This document shows, piece after piece, positions 13,680 through 26,100 of a stretch of 64,000 nucleotides of DNA. A program made the position numbers and the translations under genes. This DNA is from Squalus acanthias (taxonomy: Eukaryota). The notes beneath the pieces were generated by a model. It searched no databases. It had not been told where the DNA came from and saw only the letters and a list, made by a program, of their open reading frames with translations. The DNA lies in NCBI GenBank assembly GCA_030390025.1, contig CM059431.1, forward strand, positions 138,572,001 to 138,636,000, in the 5' to 3' direction. Position 1 is the stretch's first letter. Every line of letters starts with the position of its first letter.

Positions 13680-15770
13680 TCATAGAGATATACAGCACAG
13701 AAAGAGGCCCTTCGGGCCATCGTGTCCGCGCCGGCCATCAAGCCCTGTCTATTCTAATCCCATTTTCCAGCACTTGGTCCGTAGCCTTGTATGCTATGAT
13801 GTTTCAAGTGCTCATCTAAATAAATCTTGAATGTTGTGAGGGTTCCTGCCTCTACCACCCTTTCAGGCAGTGAGTTACAGATTCCAACCACCCTCTGGGT
13901 GAAAAAGTTTTTCTTCAAATCCCCTCTAAACCTCCTGCCCCTTACCTTGAAACTATGCCCCCTGGTCATTGACCCATCTACTAAGGGGAAAAGTTCATTT
14001 CTATCTACCCTATCTATGCCCCTCATAATTTTGTACACCTCAATCAGGTCCCACCTCAGCCTTCTCTGCTCTAAGGAAAACAACCCCAGCCTGTCCAGTC
14101 TCTCTTCATAGCTGAAGCGCTCCAGCCCAGGTAACATCCTGGTGAATCTTCTCTGCACCCTCTCCAATGCAATCACATCCCGCCTATAGTGTGGCAACCA
14201 GAACTGCACACAGTATTCCAGCTGTGGCCTAACTAGCGTTTTGTACAGCTCCATCATAACCTCCCTGCTCTTATATTCCATGCCTCGGCTAATGAAGGCA
14301 AGTATCCCATATGCCTTCTTAACCACCATATCTGCCTGTCCTGCTGCCTTCAGGGATCTATGTACATGCACACCAAGGTCCCTTTGATCCTCTGTCCTTC
14401 CTAGGGTCCTACTATTCATTGTGTATTCCCTTGCCTTGTTAGTCCTCCCAAAATGCATCACCTCACACTTTTCAGGGTTAAATTCCATTTGTCACTGTTC
14501 TGCCCATCTGACCAACCTGTCTATATCGTCCTGTAGCCTGAGGCTTCCCTCCTCGCTATTTACCACTCCACCAATTTTCGTGTCATCTGCGAACTTACTG
14601 ATCATACCTCCTACATTCATATCTAAATCATTAATGTACACTACAAACAGCAAGGGACCCAGCACCGATCCCTGTGTTACACCACTGGACACAGGCTTCC
14701 AGTCACAAAAACAACCTTCGACCATCTGCCTCCTGCCACTAAGCCAATTCTGGATCCAAAGTGCCACATTGCCCTGGATCCCAAGTGCCACATTGCCCTG
14801 GATCCCATGGCCTCTTACCTTCTTGACCAGTCTCCCATGCGGGACTTTGTCAAAAGCCTTACTGAAGTCCATGTAGACTGCATCAACTGCACTACCCTCA
14901 TCCACATACCTAGTCACCTCCTCGAAAAATGTTATCAAATTCGTTAGACATGATCTCCCCCTGACAAAGCCATGCTGACTATCCTTCAATAATCCTGCCT
15001 CTCCAAGTGGAGACTAATTCTGTCCCTCAGAATTTTTTCCAATAATTTCCCTACCACTGATGTTAGGCTCACTGGCCTGTAATTTCCTGATTTATCCCTA
15101 CTACCCTTCTTGAATAATGGTACTACGTTAGCTGTCCTCCAGTCCTCTGGCAACTCCCCTGTGGCCAGAGAGGATCTGAAAATTTGTGTCGGAGCCCCTG
15201 CAATCTCCTCCCTTGCCTCACACAGCAGCCTGGGACACATCTCGTCTGGGCCTGGGGATTTATCCACTTTTAAGCCCTCTAAAACCGCTAATACCTCCTC
15301 CCTCTCAATGCTAATTTGTTCAAGTATATCACAATCCCACTGCCTGATTTCTATGCCTACATCGTCCTTCTCCATAGTGAACACAGATGCAAAATATTCA
15401 TTTAAAACCTCACCTACATCTTCCAGCTCTACACACAGATTGCCACTTTGGTCCCTAATGGGCCCTACTCTTTCCCTGGTTATCCTCTTGCCCTTAATAT
15501 ACTTATAAAACACCTTGGGATTTTCCTTTATTTTACCGGCCAGTGTTTTTTCATGCCCCCCGTCGCTCTCCTAATTTCTTTTTTTAAGTACCCCCTGCAC
15601 TTTCTTTACTCCACTAGGGCTTCCACTGTTTTTAGTCCTTTGTATCTGCCAAAAGCCTCCCTTTTTTTCCTAATCCATTCTTGCATATCCCTTGACATCT
15701 AGGGTTCCCTGGACTTGTTGGTCCCACCCTTGACCTTTACGGGAACATGTTGGCACTGTACTCTCTCTAT
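13680..15770 (-). mobile_element. CR1 (HER1-like) LINE, 5'-truncated, shared by both arms
   Basis: ORFs 14986-15513, 14492-14989 and 13754-14488 give consecutive RT segments to GYGPSAGKWD*, followed by the 3' tail. Confidence 0.93.
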
Positions 15771-15831
15771 CTTTTGATATTAGAACATACATCTCTTCTA
15801 ATATCAAAACCAACTTCTAATATTATTACTA

Positions 15832-16057
15832 ACAGCAAAATACTGGAGATGCTGGAAATATGACATAAAAGCTGAAAATGCTGGAAACACTCAGCGGGTC
15901 AGGCAGTGTCTGTGGGGAGGGGACGGTGGGGTTAACGGTTCAGGTCAATGACCTTTCCTGAGAACGGGTTCAGGATCTGAAACATTAACCCCACCTTCCT
16001 CTCCCCACAGTCGCTGCCTGACCCGCTCAGTGTTCCCAGCATTTTCAGCTTTTATTT
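15832..16057. mobile_element. Short PLE-derived fold-back element
   Basis: Imperfect inverted arms ataaaagctgaaaatgctggaaacactcagcgggtcaggcag / ctgcctgacccgctcagtgttcccagcattttcagcttttat around a decayed hammerhead-like core, flanked by the direct repeat ttctaatatta. Confidence 0.7.
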
Positions 16058-16775
16058 CTAATATTACTTATCCCCATTTCAGACTATATTCTGTGTTCTA
16101 CTTGGTTTGGGTTCTCACCATTTCAGAATACACTGGGAAGCTGATGCTCGCTGTGTATCTGATGTTGATTTTGGAAGCACATTCCCTGCTTGCTTTAACC
16201 GGTGTTGTTCTACTTCTGTGTTGTGTGTGTCTGTGACCAATGAAACAGGAGGCAAACACTCACCCGGCGTTTGAAGTCTTTCACCGTCCCCGGTACTAAA
16301 CACTGGGGATGTCCAAAGGTAATGAAGCTGTGCTCAGCATTCACTATCTGACAATACTCTGTACCCGCTGGTCACAGGCCGTGCTGATCTTTGAGGTTTG
16401 TCTCTGCATCGTGTTCAATGAATTGAGTATAATTAGTTTCTCTGTTCAATCTTTCCCCTTGATTTTTCACCAGATCTGAGCTATTTTAACACTGAGATCT
16501 GATGGTGTCGGTGTGAGTTCAGCCCCACCTAATAAACAGACACGTGTCCATCTGCTGGGCTCTGCCCCAGACTGGAGTCACCTCTCAGATCAAATTCCTT
16601 TATTCTAAAACACACACAAGATTCAGTGTGACTGTGTGTTTAGAGACAGAACCTGATCTCATTTCACATTTCATTGCACGGCCTCATGCTGGATAATTGT
16701 GCTCGGTGTTCAGACTCTCCCAGTCTCATTCTCAACATTTCCTGCCTTACTGTGCAGCCTTTGTGTACTATCTAC

Positions 16776-16992
16776 AGGACCAGTGTGTATCTGGTCTGAG
16801 TCAATGGGACTCTGACCTTTCTCCCCAGTCCATCTCCAGGACCACTGTGTATCTGAGTCAATGGGACTCTCTCTGACCTTTCTCACCAGTCCACCTCCAG
16901 GACCAGTGTGTATCTGAGTCAATGGGACTCTCTCTGATCTTTCTCCCCAGTCCACCTCCAGGACCAGTGTGTATCTGAGTCAATGGGACTCT
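16776..16992 (-). repeat. ~61-bp tandem repeat (about 4 units)
   Basis: Reverse complement of gagagtcccattgactcagatacacactggtcctggagatggactggggagaaaggtcaga. Confidence 0.9.
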
Positions 16993-17390
16993 GTCTTCCC
17001 TTTCTCCACAGTCGATCTCTGAAAGCTCTTTGAATCGGAAGGGTTCTCTCTGGTTGGTGCTCTCACAATCCTGTGCTGGTTCACCGCCTGTTGTTCCTCA
17101 GTCTGCAATCCATGTTTACTCCAGCTGTGGACCTTCCTCAATCACTCCGTCATTCCCCGGGAGATCTAATTATGGCAGAGCAGAAAATGAGAACAATATT
17201 GATGTTGTGAAGTGGAATGTAGTGTACAATTTTCCTCCAACGTTTCAGAGAAGTAAAAGTTCAGGGCCGAGTATTTCTCTTTGATTTTCTCCATTTCCTC
17301 AGATCCTCGTCCCGCCCGCCTGGGCTTCTGGAAAATCACCAGAATTCTGGATAGAAATGTACAATTTCACCGTGCTTTAGAGAAACCGGC

Positions 17391-18311
17391 GCTATCTGAT
17401 CTCATTGAGCCCATCCTCCCCAGGTTACACACTGTCTGATCTCACTGGGCCCATCCTCCCCGGGTTACACACTGTCTGATCTCACTGGGCCCATCCTCCC
17501 CGGGTTACACACTGTCTGATCTCACTGGGCCCATCCTCTCCGGGTTATACACTGTCGGATCTCACTGGGCCCATCTTCCCCGGGTTACACAATGCCTAAT
17601 CTCACTGGGCCCATCCTCCCCGGGTTACACACTGTCTGATCTCACTGGGCCCATCCTCCCCGGGTTACACACTGCCTAATCTCACTGGGCCCATCCTCCC
17701 CGGGTTACACACTGTCTGATCTCACTGGGCCCATCCTCCTCGGGTTACACACCGTCTGATCTCACTGGGCCCATCCTCCCCGGGTTACACACTGTCTGAT
17801 CTCACTGGGCCCATCCTCCCTGGGTTACACACTGTCTGATCTCACTGGGCCCATCCTCCCCGGGTTACACACTGTCTGATCTCACTGGGCCCATCCTCCC
17901 CGGGTTACACACTGTCTGATCTCACTGGGCCCATCCTCCCGGGGTTACACACTGCCAGATCTCACTGGGCCCATCCTCTCCGGGTTATACACTGTCGGAT
18001 CTCACTGGGCCCATCTTCCCCGGGTTACACAATGCCTAATCTCACTGGGCCCATCCTCCCCGGGTTACACACTGCCTGATCTCACTGGGCCCATCCTCCC
18101 CGGGTTACACACTGTCTGATCTCACTGGGCCCATCCTCCCCGGGTTACTCACTGTCTGATCTCACTGGGCCCATCCTCCCCGGGTTACACACTGTCTGAT
18201 CTCACTGGGCCCATCCTCCCCGGGTTACACACTGTCTGATCTCACTGGGCCCATCCTCCCCGGGTTACACACTGTCTGATCTCACTGGGCCCAGCCTCCC
18301 CGGGTTACACA
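17391..18311. repeat. 40-bp minisatellite, 23 units
   Basis: Unit actgtctgatctcactgggcccatcctccccgggttacac, contiguous with no spacers. Confidence 0.97.
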
Positions 18312-18920
18312 ATCAAAGAATTTTACAGCACAGGAGGAGGCCATTCGGCCCATCTTGTCCGAACCGGCCAACAAAGCTATCCACCCTAATCCCACTTTCC
18401 AGCACTTGCTCCGTAGCCTTGTTGGTTACGGTACTGCAGGTGCATATCCAAGTACTTTTTAACTGTGATGAGGTTCTCGGCCTCTCCCACCCGTTCAGGC
18501 ACTGAGTTCCAGACCCCCAGCACTCTCTGGGTGAAACAAATTCTCCTCAAATCCCCTCTAATCCTTTGACCATCTGCTTTATATCTATGTCCCCTGGTGA
18601 TTGACCCTTCTGCTAAGGGAAATAGGTCTTTCCTATCCACTCAATCTAGGCCCCTCATAATTTTAAACACCTCAATTAGGTCTCTCCTCAGCCTTCTCTG
18701 TTCCAAAGAAAACTATCCCAGCCTATCCAATCTTTCCACAGCTAAAATTCCCCAGCCCAGGCAAAATCCTTGAAAATCTCCTCTGCACCCCCTCTCTAGT
18801 GCAATCACATCCTTCCTGTAATGTGGTGACCAGAACTGCACGCAGTATTCTAGCTGCGGCCTAACCAGTGTTTTATACAGTTCAAGCATAACCTCCCTGC
18901 TCTTATATTCTCTGCCTCGA
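18312..18920 (-). mobile_element. CR1 3' fragment, followed by a short oppositely oriented CR1 3' piece (about 18950-19110)
   Basis: RPQLEYCVQFWSPHYRKD ... GYGASAGKWD*. Confidence 0.85.
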
Positions 18921-19119
18921 CTACTAAAGACCTTTCTCTCCAGTCCATCCACTGGAGGGTGCAGAGGAGATGTAATTTTTTTCACCCAGAGGGTGGTGGG
19001 GGTCTGGAACTCACTGCCTGAAAGGGTGGTAGAGGCAGAGACCCTCAGCACATTTAAAAAGTACTTGGGTGTACACTTGAAGAGCCGTAACCTACAGGGC
19101 TACGGACCAAGAGTCTGCA

Positions 19120-22100
19120 GGACGAGTTCATGGAATGCATTCGGGACAGTTTCCTGGAACAATGAGTCATGGAACCAACCAGCGAACAGGCAATTTTAGA
19201 TCTTGTACTATGTAATGAGACAGGGTTAATTAGCAATCTCATAGTAAAGGATCCTCTGGGCCAGTGTGATCATAATATGATAGAATTTCACGTTAATTTT
19301 GAGAGTGACTTGCCTAAGTCCGAAACTAGAGTCTTAAACTTAAATAAAGACAATTACATCGGTATGAGGGGCGAGTTGGCTAAGGTAGATTGGAAAAATA
19401 GATTAAAAGGTGCGGCGGTAGATAAGCAGTGGCTAACATTTAAAGAAATATTTCATAATTCTCAACAAAAATACATTCCATTGAGAAACAAAAACTCCAC
19501 GGGAAAAGTGATCTAACGTTGGCTAACCAAAGAAGTTATGGATAGCATTAGATTGAAAGATGATTATAATGTTGCAAAGAATAATAGTAAGCCTGAGGAT
19601 TGGGAGAGTTTCAGAAACCAGCAAAGGTTGACCAAAAAATTGATAGAAAGGGAAAAAATGGAATGAGAGAAAACTAGCAAGAAATATAAAAGCAGATTGC
19701 AAGAGCTTCTACAATATGTAAAAAGGAAGAGAGTATCAAAAGTAAACATTGGTCTCTTAGAGGCTGAGACAGGAGAAATAATTATGGGGAATAAGGAAAT
19801 GGCAGAAACGTTAAACAAATATTTTGTACCTGTCTTCACAGTAGAAGACACAAATAACATACCAAAAATGGTGGGGAACCAAGGGTCTAATGAGGGTGAG
19901 CAACTTAACGTAATTAATATAAGGAGAGAAAAAGTACTAGAGAAACTAATGGGACTAAAAGCCGACAAATCCCCTGGACCCGACAGCCTGCATCCTAGGG
20001 TTCTAAAAGAGGTGGCTGAAGAGATAGTGGATGCATTGGTTTTGATCTTCCAAAATTCCCTAGATTCTGGAATGGTCCCAGCGGATTGGAAGGTCGCAAA
20101 TGTAACACCGCTATTCAAGAAAGGAGGGAGAGAAAACAGGAAACTACAGGCCAGTTAGCCTGACATCAGTCGTCGGGAAAATGCTGGAATCCATTGTTAA
20201 GGAAGTGGTATCAAGTCACTTAGAAAAATCATAACATGACTCGGCAGAGTCAATATGGTTTTATGAAATGGAAATCACGTTTGACAAATTTATTAAGAGT
20301 TTTTTGAGAATGTAACTAGCAGCGTAGATAAAGGAGAACCAGTGGATGTAGTATATTTGGATTTCCAAAAGGTACTCGATAAGGTGCCACATAAGAGGTT
20401 ATTATACAAGATTAGGGCTCATGGGGTTGGGGGTAATATAGTAGCATGGATAGAGGAATGGTTAACGGACAGAAAACAGAGAGGAGGGATAAACGGATCT
20501 TTTCAGGTTGGCAGGCTGTAACTAGTGGATCAGTGTTGGGGCCTCAGCTATTTACAATCTATATTAATGACCTAGATGAAGGGACCAAGTGTAATGTATC
20601 CAAGTTTGCTGATGATACAAAGCTAGGTGGGACAGTAAGCTGCAAGGAGAACACAAAAAGTCTGCAAAGGGATATAGATAGACTAAGTGAGTGGGCAGTA
20701 AGGTGGCAGATGGAGTATAATGTAGGGAAATGTGAGGTTATTCACTTTGGTAGGAAAAATAGAAAAACAGAATATTTTTAATAGGAGGAGAAACTTTTAA
20801 ATGTTGGTGTTCAGAGAGATTTGGGTTCCCTCGTGCAAGAAACACAGAAAGCTAGCATGCAGGTACAGCAAGCAATAAGGAAGGCAAATGGTATATTGGC
20901 CTTTATTGCAAGGGGGTTGGAGTACAAGAGTAAGGAAGTCTTGCTACAATTGTACAGGGCCTTGGTGAGACCACACCTGGAGTACTGTGCACAGTTGTGG
21001 TCTCCTTATCTAAGGAAGGATATATTTGCCTTGGAGGCGGTGGATCGAATGTTCGCTGGATTGATTCCTGGGATGAGAGTGCTGTCCTATGATGAGAGAT
21101 TGTGTAGAATGGGCCGATACTCCCTGGAGTTCAATGAGAGGTAATCTCATTGAAACATACAAGATTCTGAAGGGGATTGGCAGGGTAGATGCTGAGAGGT
21201 TGTTTCCCCCTGGCTGGAGTGTCTAGAACTAGGGGGCAGAGTCTCAGGATAAGGGGTCAGCCATTTCAGACTGAGATGAGGAGGAATTTCTTCACTCAGA
21301 GGGCTGTGAATCTGTGGGATTCGCTGCCCCAGAGGGCTGTGAATCTGTGGGATTCGCTGCCCCAGAGGGCTGTGAATCTGTGGGATTCGCTGCCCCAGAG
21401 GGCTGTGAATCTGTGGGATTCGCTGCCCCAGAGGGCTGTGAATCTGTGGGATTCGCTGCCCCAGAGGGCTGTGAATCTGTGGGATTCGCTGCCCCAGAGG
21501 GCTGTGAATCTGTGGGATTCGCTGCCCCAGAGGGCTGTGAATCTGTGGGATTCGCTGCCCCAGAGGGCTGTGAATCTGTGGGATTCGCTGCCCCAGAGGG
21601 CTGTGAATCTGTGGGATTCGCTGCCCCAGAGGGCTGTGAATCTGTGGGATTCGCTGCCCCAGAGGGCTGTGAATCTGTGGGATTCGCTGCCCCAGAGGGC
21701 TGTGAATCTGTGGGATTCGCTGCCCCAGAGGGCTGTGAATCTGTGGGATTCGCTGCCCCAGAGGGCTGTGAATCTGTGGGATTCGCTGCCCCAGAGGGCT
21801 GTGAATCTGTGGGATTCGCTGCCCCAGAGGGCTGTGAATCTGTGGGATTCGCTGCCCCAGAGGGCTGTGAATCTGTGGGATTCGCTGCCCCAGAGGGCTG
21901 TGAATCTGTGGGATTCGCTGCCCCAGAGGGCTGTGAATCTGTGGGATTCGCTGCCCCAGAGGGCTGTGAATCTGTGGGATTCTCTGCCCCAGAGGGCTAT
22001 AAATGCTGAGTCTCTGAGTATATTCAAGGCTGAGAGAGAGATTGCTGGATCTGATTGAATGTTGGAGCAGGCTCCAGGGCCGGGTCACCCACTCCTGCTC

Positions 22101-22290
22101 CTGATGTTCTGAGAGAGATGGACTGCTTGTTCTGATTGAATGGTGGAGCAGGCTCGGGGCCGGGTCACCCACTCCTGCTCCTGTTTCTGATGTTCTGAAG
22201 GAGCTGGAAAGTGGGCCTGGGGAGGATCGCTCTCTGTCGGCCGGCGCAGACAAGACTCCTTCTGTGCTGTAAATTCCTCTGATTCTCTGA
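19120..22290 (+). mobile_element. Disrupted CR1 LINE ORF2 with an internal 33-bp expansion and reiterated 3' tail pieces
   Basis: ILDLVLCNE, CDHNMIEF, KSPGPDSLHP, KFADDTK, RPHLEYC, RRNFFTQRAVNLWDSLP; tail-like units at about 22050-22200. Confidence 0.9.
21297..21998 (+). repeat. 33-bp tandem repeat, 21 full units plus 9 nt
   Basis: Unit cagagggctgtgaatctgtgggattcgctgccc (QRAVNLWDSLP). All units are identical except the last (tct for tcg). Confidence 0.97.
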
Positions 22291-22700
22291 TCCCCAAACT
22301 CACCCGCACCATCGCCGCCCTCTGATCCGCCGCTCCTCAGTCCGGTTTCCAGCGGTTCCTCCGCTATTTTATCTCAGCAACGGTTTCTTCCTCAACCGAA
22401 TTTGACATAATCCGGAGACTGGGGAGGGGTGGGACAGCACCGAGCATGCGCACTACAATCACAGTGTCCAATCACTGAGCTCGTCTCTTCTATTGGCTGC
22501 CACTCCTAGATTGACAGCCGCTTCCACCAATCGGAGCCCTGTCCGCCAGAGAGCCCCGCCCACTGTGGGAAAGGGTTAATGTCGGCACGTGGTCACGTGG
22601 ATCCTGATTCCGCGTGGCAGTGAAACCGCCCCTGCGCGAGCCAGGCAGCGCGCAAGATTCGTCATAGCCCCGCGGGTCCGCTCCCAGTGCGCCTGCGCCG
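22290..22700 (-). promoter_or_regulatory. CpG-island promoter and probable non-coding first exon facing the left NLR-like paralog
   Basis: CpG-rich; three CCAAT/ATTGG boxes, GC box (ccccgccc), two CACGTG E-boxes, NRF1-like gcatgcgc and tgcgcctgcgc; minus-strand donor gatggtgcgg|GTGAGT near 22303. The link to the gene is inferred. Confidence 0.65.
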
Positions 22701-22717
22701 TACTCATCGCTCACTTT

Positions 22718-22910
22718 CAGTGCTGGTACTGGTCCCACTCCTGCAGTATTAACAGTGAGCCTTATCTCACAGCTCTGGTGAATCCCTCACTCTGTCAGTG
22801 CTGGTACTGGACCCACTCCTGCAGTATGAACAGTGAGTCTTATCTCACAGCACTGGTGAATCCCTCACTCTGTCAGTGCTGGTACTGGTCCCACTCCTGC
22901 AGTATTAACA
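22718..22910 (+). repeat. 78-bp minisatellite (about 2.5 units), interrupted; the third unit is completed at 44685-44738
   Basis: Units start at 22718, 22796 and 22874 (cagtgctggtactggtcccactcctgcagtattaacagtgagccttatctcacagc...). Confidence 0.92.
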
Positions 22911-22961
22911 AAAATGAGAGTCGCACAACACCAGGTTATAGTCCAACAGATTTATTTAATT

Positions 22962-23000
22962 TTACAAGCTTTCGGAGCAGTTCGCTCCTTCGTCAGGTAA
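22962..23000 (-). ncRNA. Identical hammerhead motif on the opposite strand (mirror arm of the palindrome)
   Basis: Exact reverse complement of 23008-23046. Confidence 0.78.
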
Positions 23001-23007
23001 GCTAAAC

Positions 23008-23046
23008 TTACCTGACGAAGGAGCGAACTGCTCCGAAAGCTTGTAA
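23008..23046 (+). ncRNA. Minimal type I hammerhead ribozyme motif (PLE type)
   Basis: UUAC-CUGACGA-A-GGAGC-gaacu-GCUCC-GAAA-GC-UU-GUAA: stem I UUAC/GUAA, conserved core, 5-bp stem II, palindromic AAGCUU minimal helix III. Confidence 0.8.
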
Positions 23047-23149
23047 AATTAAATAAATCTGTTGGACTATAACCTGGTGTTCATCTTTTTGGTTGGACAA
23101 ATCAAAATTTACTGTAAATCAATTAAAACTTGAAATGAAACTTAATAAA

Positions 23150-26100
23150 TCAAATTAAAATTTGAAAGTCCGGGGTGACGATGCACTCCAGTCCCCGCGG
23201 CGCCCACCGGTCGCGGAAAAACTCAAGCGTGCCGGCGGACACCGCGTGCTCCATCTCCAGGGCCACCCGGGCGCGAACATGGCCGCGGAAGAGAGGCAGG
23301 CAATCGGGCCGAACGACCCCCTCGACCGCCCGCTGCCTGGACCAATTAATGGCTTTCTTGGCCAGGCCCAGGAGCAGTCCTACGAGGAGGTCCTCCGACC
23401 TACCCGCTCCCCTCCGCACCGGGTGACCGTAGATCAGGAGCGTGGGGCTGAAGTGCAACCAGAAATTGAGGAGCAGCCCCTTCAAATAATGAAAGAGGGG
23501 CTGCAACCTCTCACACTCAACATAAATGTGATACACGGACTCCTCCAGGCCGCAAAAATGGCAAGCAGCCTGGGAGTCCGTAAACCTACTTAAAATCCTA
23601 TTGCACGGGACTGCTCCGTGCAACACCCTCCAGGCCAAGTCCCCAATAGAACAAGGGAAGACTCCCGCGTAGAGAGCCTTCCAATGGGGACCTTCGCCTC
23701 CGCCGGACGGCAGGATGGTACGCCAAGGCGTGTCCGGACGGCAGACGAAGATGGCAAAGTGGAGAGTGTGCAGGAGCAGCCCGTACAGGAAACGCCTCCG
23801 TGCGGATTGAAAGGGCACGGAGGGCATTTCTCCGAGAAGGCTCAAGTGGTGAGGCGGCGGCTCCCGAGGGAGGATTCGGGGCCGGGCGCCGATAAGGAAT
23901 TCCGTCCGAACGGGGGTCAGTTCGGACGGGATCGCCCCACGTGCTTGAGCCTCCTCGACACACCTAGTGGAGACGGGGCCCAGTGCCACTTTTAGCGACT
24001 CGATGGCTTTGACCGCGAGCCGGACGTTGACCCAAGACATGCGCCTCGCCAACTCCTCCGGCGCCATCCAGCCCGCTCCTCCGCCATCGAGCAGGTCCCC
24101 GACTCTGGTCACCTTACCGGGCACAGCCCTGCCCTCCGCCAGCCAGCCGAACCCGCGGTCGTGGAGGTGCGGATTCCTGAACAGCGGCTCCCGAAGGACG
24201 GCCGCCGCTCCTGACGGGGGAGAACTGCGCTCGGAGGCGACGCTGTTCCAAACCCATAGCAGTTCCTGGTAGAAGACAGGCAGCTCCCGCAGGCTGGCAC
24301 GCGTGCCACCCACTCTCACAAACAGGAGCTGCGTGTCGTAATTGAGGCCGTGCAGCTGGCGGAAGAAATACGTCGCCAGCGCACGCCACCTAGGAGGATT
24401 CTCCACGTACAGGTATCTCTGCAGCGTCTGAAGACGGAAAGTCGCCGCCTGGGTGCGAAGGCACACCAGCGCCTGACCGCCCTCCCTAAGCGGGAGACTC
24501 AAAACCGCGGCAGAGACCCAGTGCTTCCTTTTGTCCCAGAAGAAGTCGACGAGCTTCTTCTGCATCTTGGCGACAAACGCAGGGGGAGGGATCAAAGTGA
24601 CCAACCGGTACCACAACATGGCGGCCACCAGCTGGTTTATGACCAGCGCTCGACCCCTGTAGGACAACACTCGGAGCAGTCCTGTCCAGCGCCCTAGGCG
24701 AGCGGTGACTTTGGCCTCCAGCTCTTGCCAGTTCGCCGGCCAGGCGTCCTCGGCCGGGCTGAGGTAGACTCCCAGGTAGAGGAGGTGCGTGGTGCTCCAG
24801 GCGAAAGGCCCGAACTCCTCCGGCAGGGAGTCCACCCGCCATGGGCCCACCAGGAGTCCAGAACATTTCTCCCAGTTGATCTTGGCGGAGGATGCGTCCG
24901 AGTAAATCTGCTGGCATTCTCGCATCCTCCGCAAGTCGACGGGATCCGTGACCGCGAGGAGCACGTCATCGGCGTAAGCCGAGAGGACCACCTCCACGCC
25001 CGGCCCTTGCAGAGCCAGTCCCGTCAACCTCTTCCGCAAGAGGCGCAGGAAAGGCTCCACGCAAACGGCGTATAACTGACCGGACATGGGGCATCCCTGA
25101 CGCACCCCCCTCCCGAAGCGAAGGGGCGCCGTCAAAGACCCGTTAACTTTAATCAGACACTCCGCGGCGGCGTACAGAAGTCGGATCCGGGCGACGAAAT
25201 GCGTCCCGAACCCGAATGCGCGCAGAGTCCCGAAAAGATACTCGTGATCCACCCTGTCGAACGCCTTCTCCTGATCCAGGGAAAGGAAGGCGACCGACAG
25301 ACCAGCCCTCTGGGAATGGTGGACCAGGTCCCGGACCAGATGGATGTTATCGTGGATGCTCCGGCCCGGGACCGTGTAGGACTGGTCGGGGTGGATCATG
25401 CGGGCCAGCACGGTGCCAAGGCGAGCAGACATAGCCCTGGCGAAAATTTTGTAGTCCGTGCTGAGGAGGGAGACCGGGCGCCAGTTCTTAAGTAGGCGGA
25501 GATCGCCCTTCTTGGGCAGCAGGACGATGACCGCCCTGCGCCAAGAGAGGGGCATCTCCCCGGTCGCCAGACTTTCCCCCAGGACCCGCGCGTAGTCGTC
25601 CCCCAAGACGTCCCAGAACGCCCTGTGGAACTCCACGGTCAGCCCGTCCAGCCCCGGGGACTTGCCCCTCGAGAGCTGGCGCAGGGCGCCGGTCAGCTCC
25701 GCCAGGCTTAGCGGAGCTTCTAAATTCTCGGCGCCCTCCGGGCCGACCTTCGGCAGGTCCTCCCACAAAACTCTGCGCGCATCCTCGCTGGACGGATCCG
25801 AAGAGAACAGAGCCCCGTAATAGGCCCGGGCCTCCGCGCTGATGCCCTCCGGATCCGAGACCAGAGATCCGTCGTCGGCCAGCAGCCCCAAGAGCTGCTT
25901 ACGGACCCCCCGTCTTTTTTCCAGCGAGTAGAAGAAGGGGGAGCCGCGGTCCAGGTCCCGCAGGAACTGGATCCGCGACCTCACGTACGCGCCTCGGGAC
26001 CCGACCAGCTGCAGGTCCTTCAGCGCGCCCTTCTTCTCTTCGTACACCTTCCGCAGGGCCGGGTCCTCGACGACCTGACCGAGACGGGACTCCAGGTCGA

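Larger units (their letters stand above)
5986..17310. repeat. Left arm of a large inverted segmental duplication (partner 54905-64000)
   Basis: Colinear reverse-complement match, including exons, SINE, L2, CR1 and PLE insertions. Paired ORFs include 6142-6375/63611-63844 and 9070-9411/60490-60924. The match continues to the right window edge. Confidence 0.95.
22911..23081. mobile_element. Left part of a ~230-bp Penelope-type fold-back element; target of the Tx1 array
   Basis: Perfect 75-bp inverted repeat 22927-23001/23007-23081 with a 5-nt loop (ctaaa). The arm continues after the array at 44629. The whole element is flanked by the 12-bp duplication gcagtattaaca (22899-22910, 44685-44696). 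Confidence 0.85.

Noticed and set aside
17391..21998. CRISPR-like appearance of the 40-bp and 33-bp arrays
   Set aside because: The units are contiguous with no unique spacers, there are no cas genes, the context is eukaryotic, and the 33-mer derives from CR1.
21147..22253. Long repeat-protein ORFs (368, 289, 243, 231 aa)
   Set aside because: By-products of a stop-free 33-bp unit.
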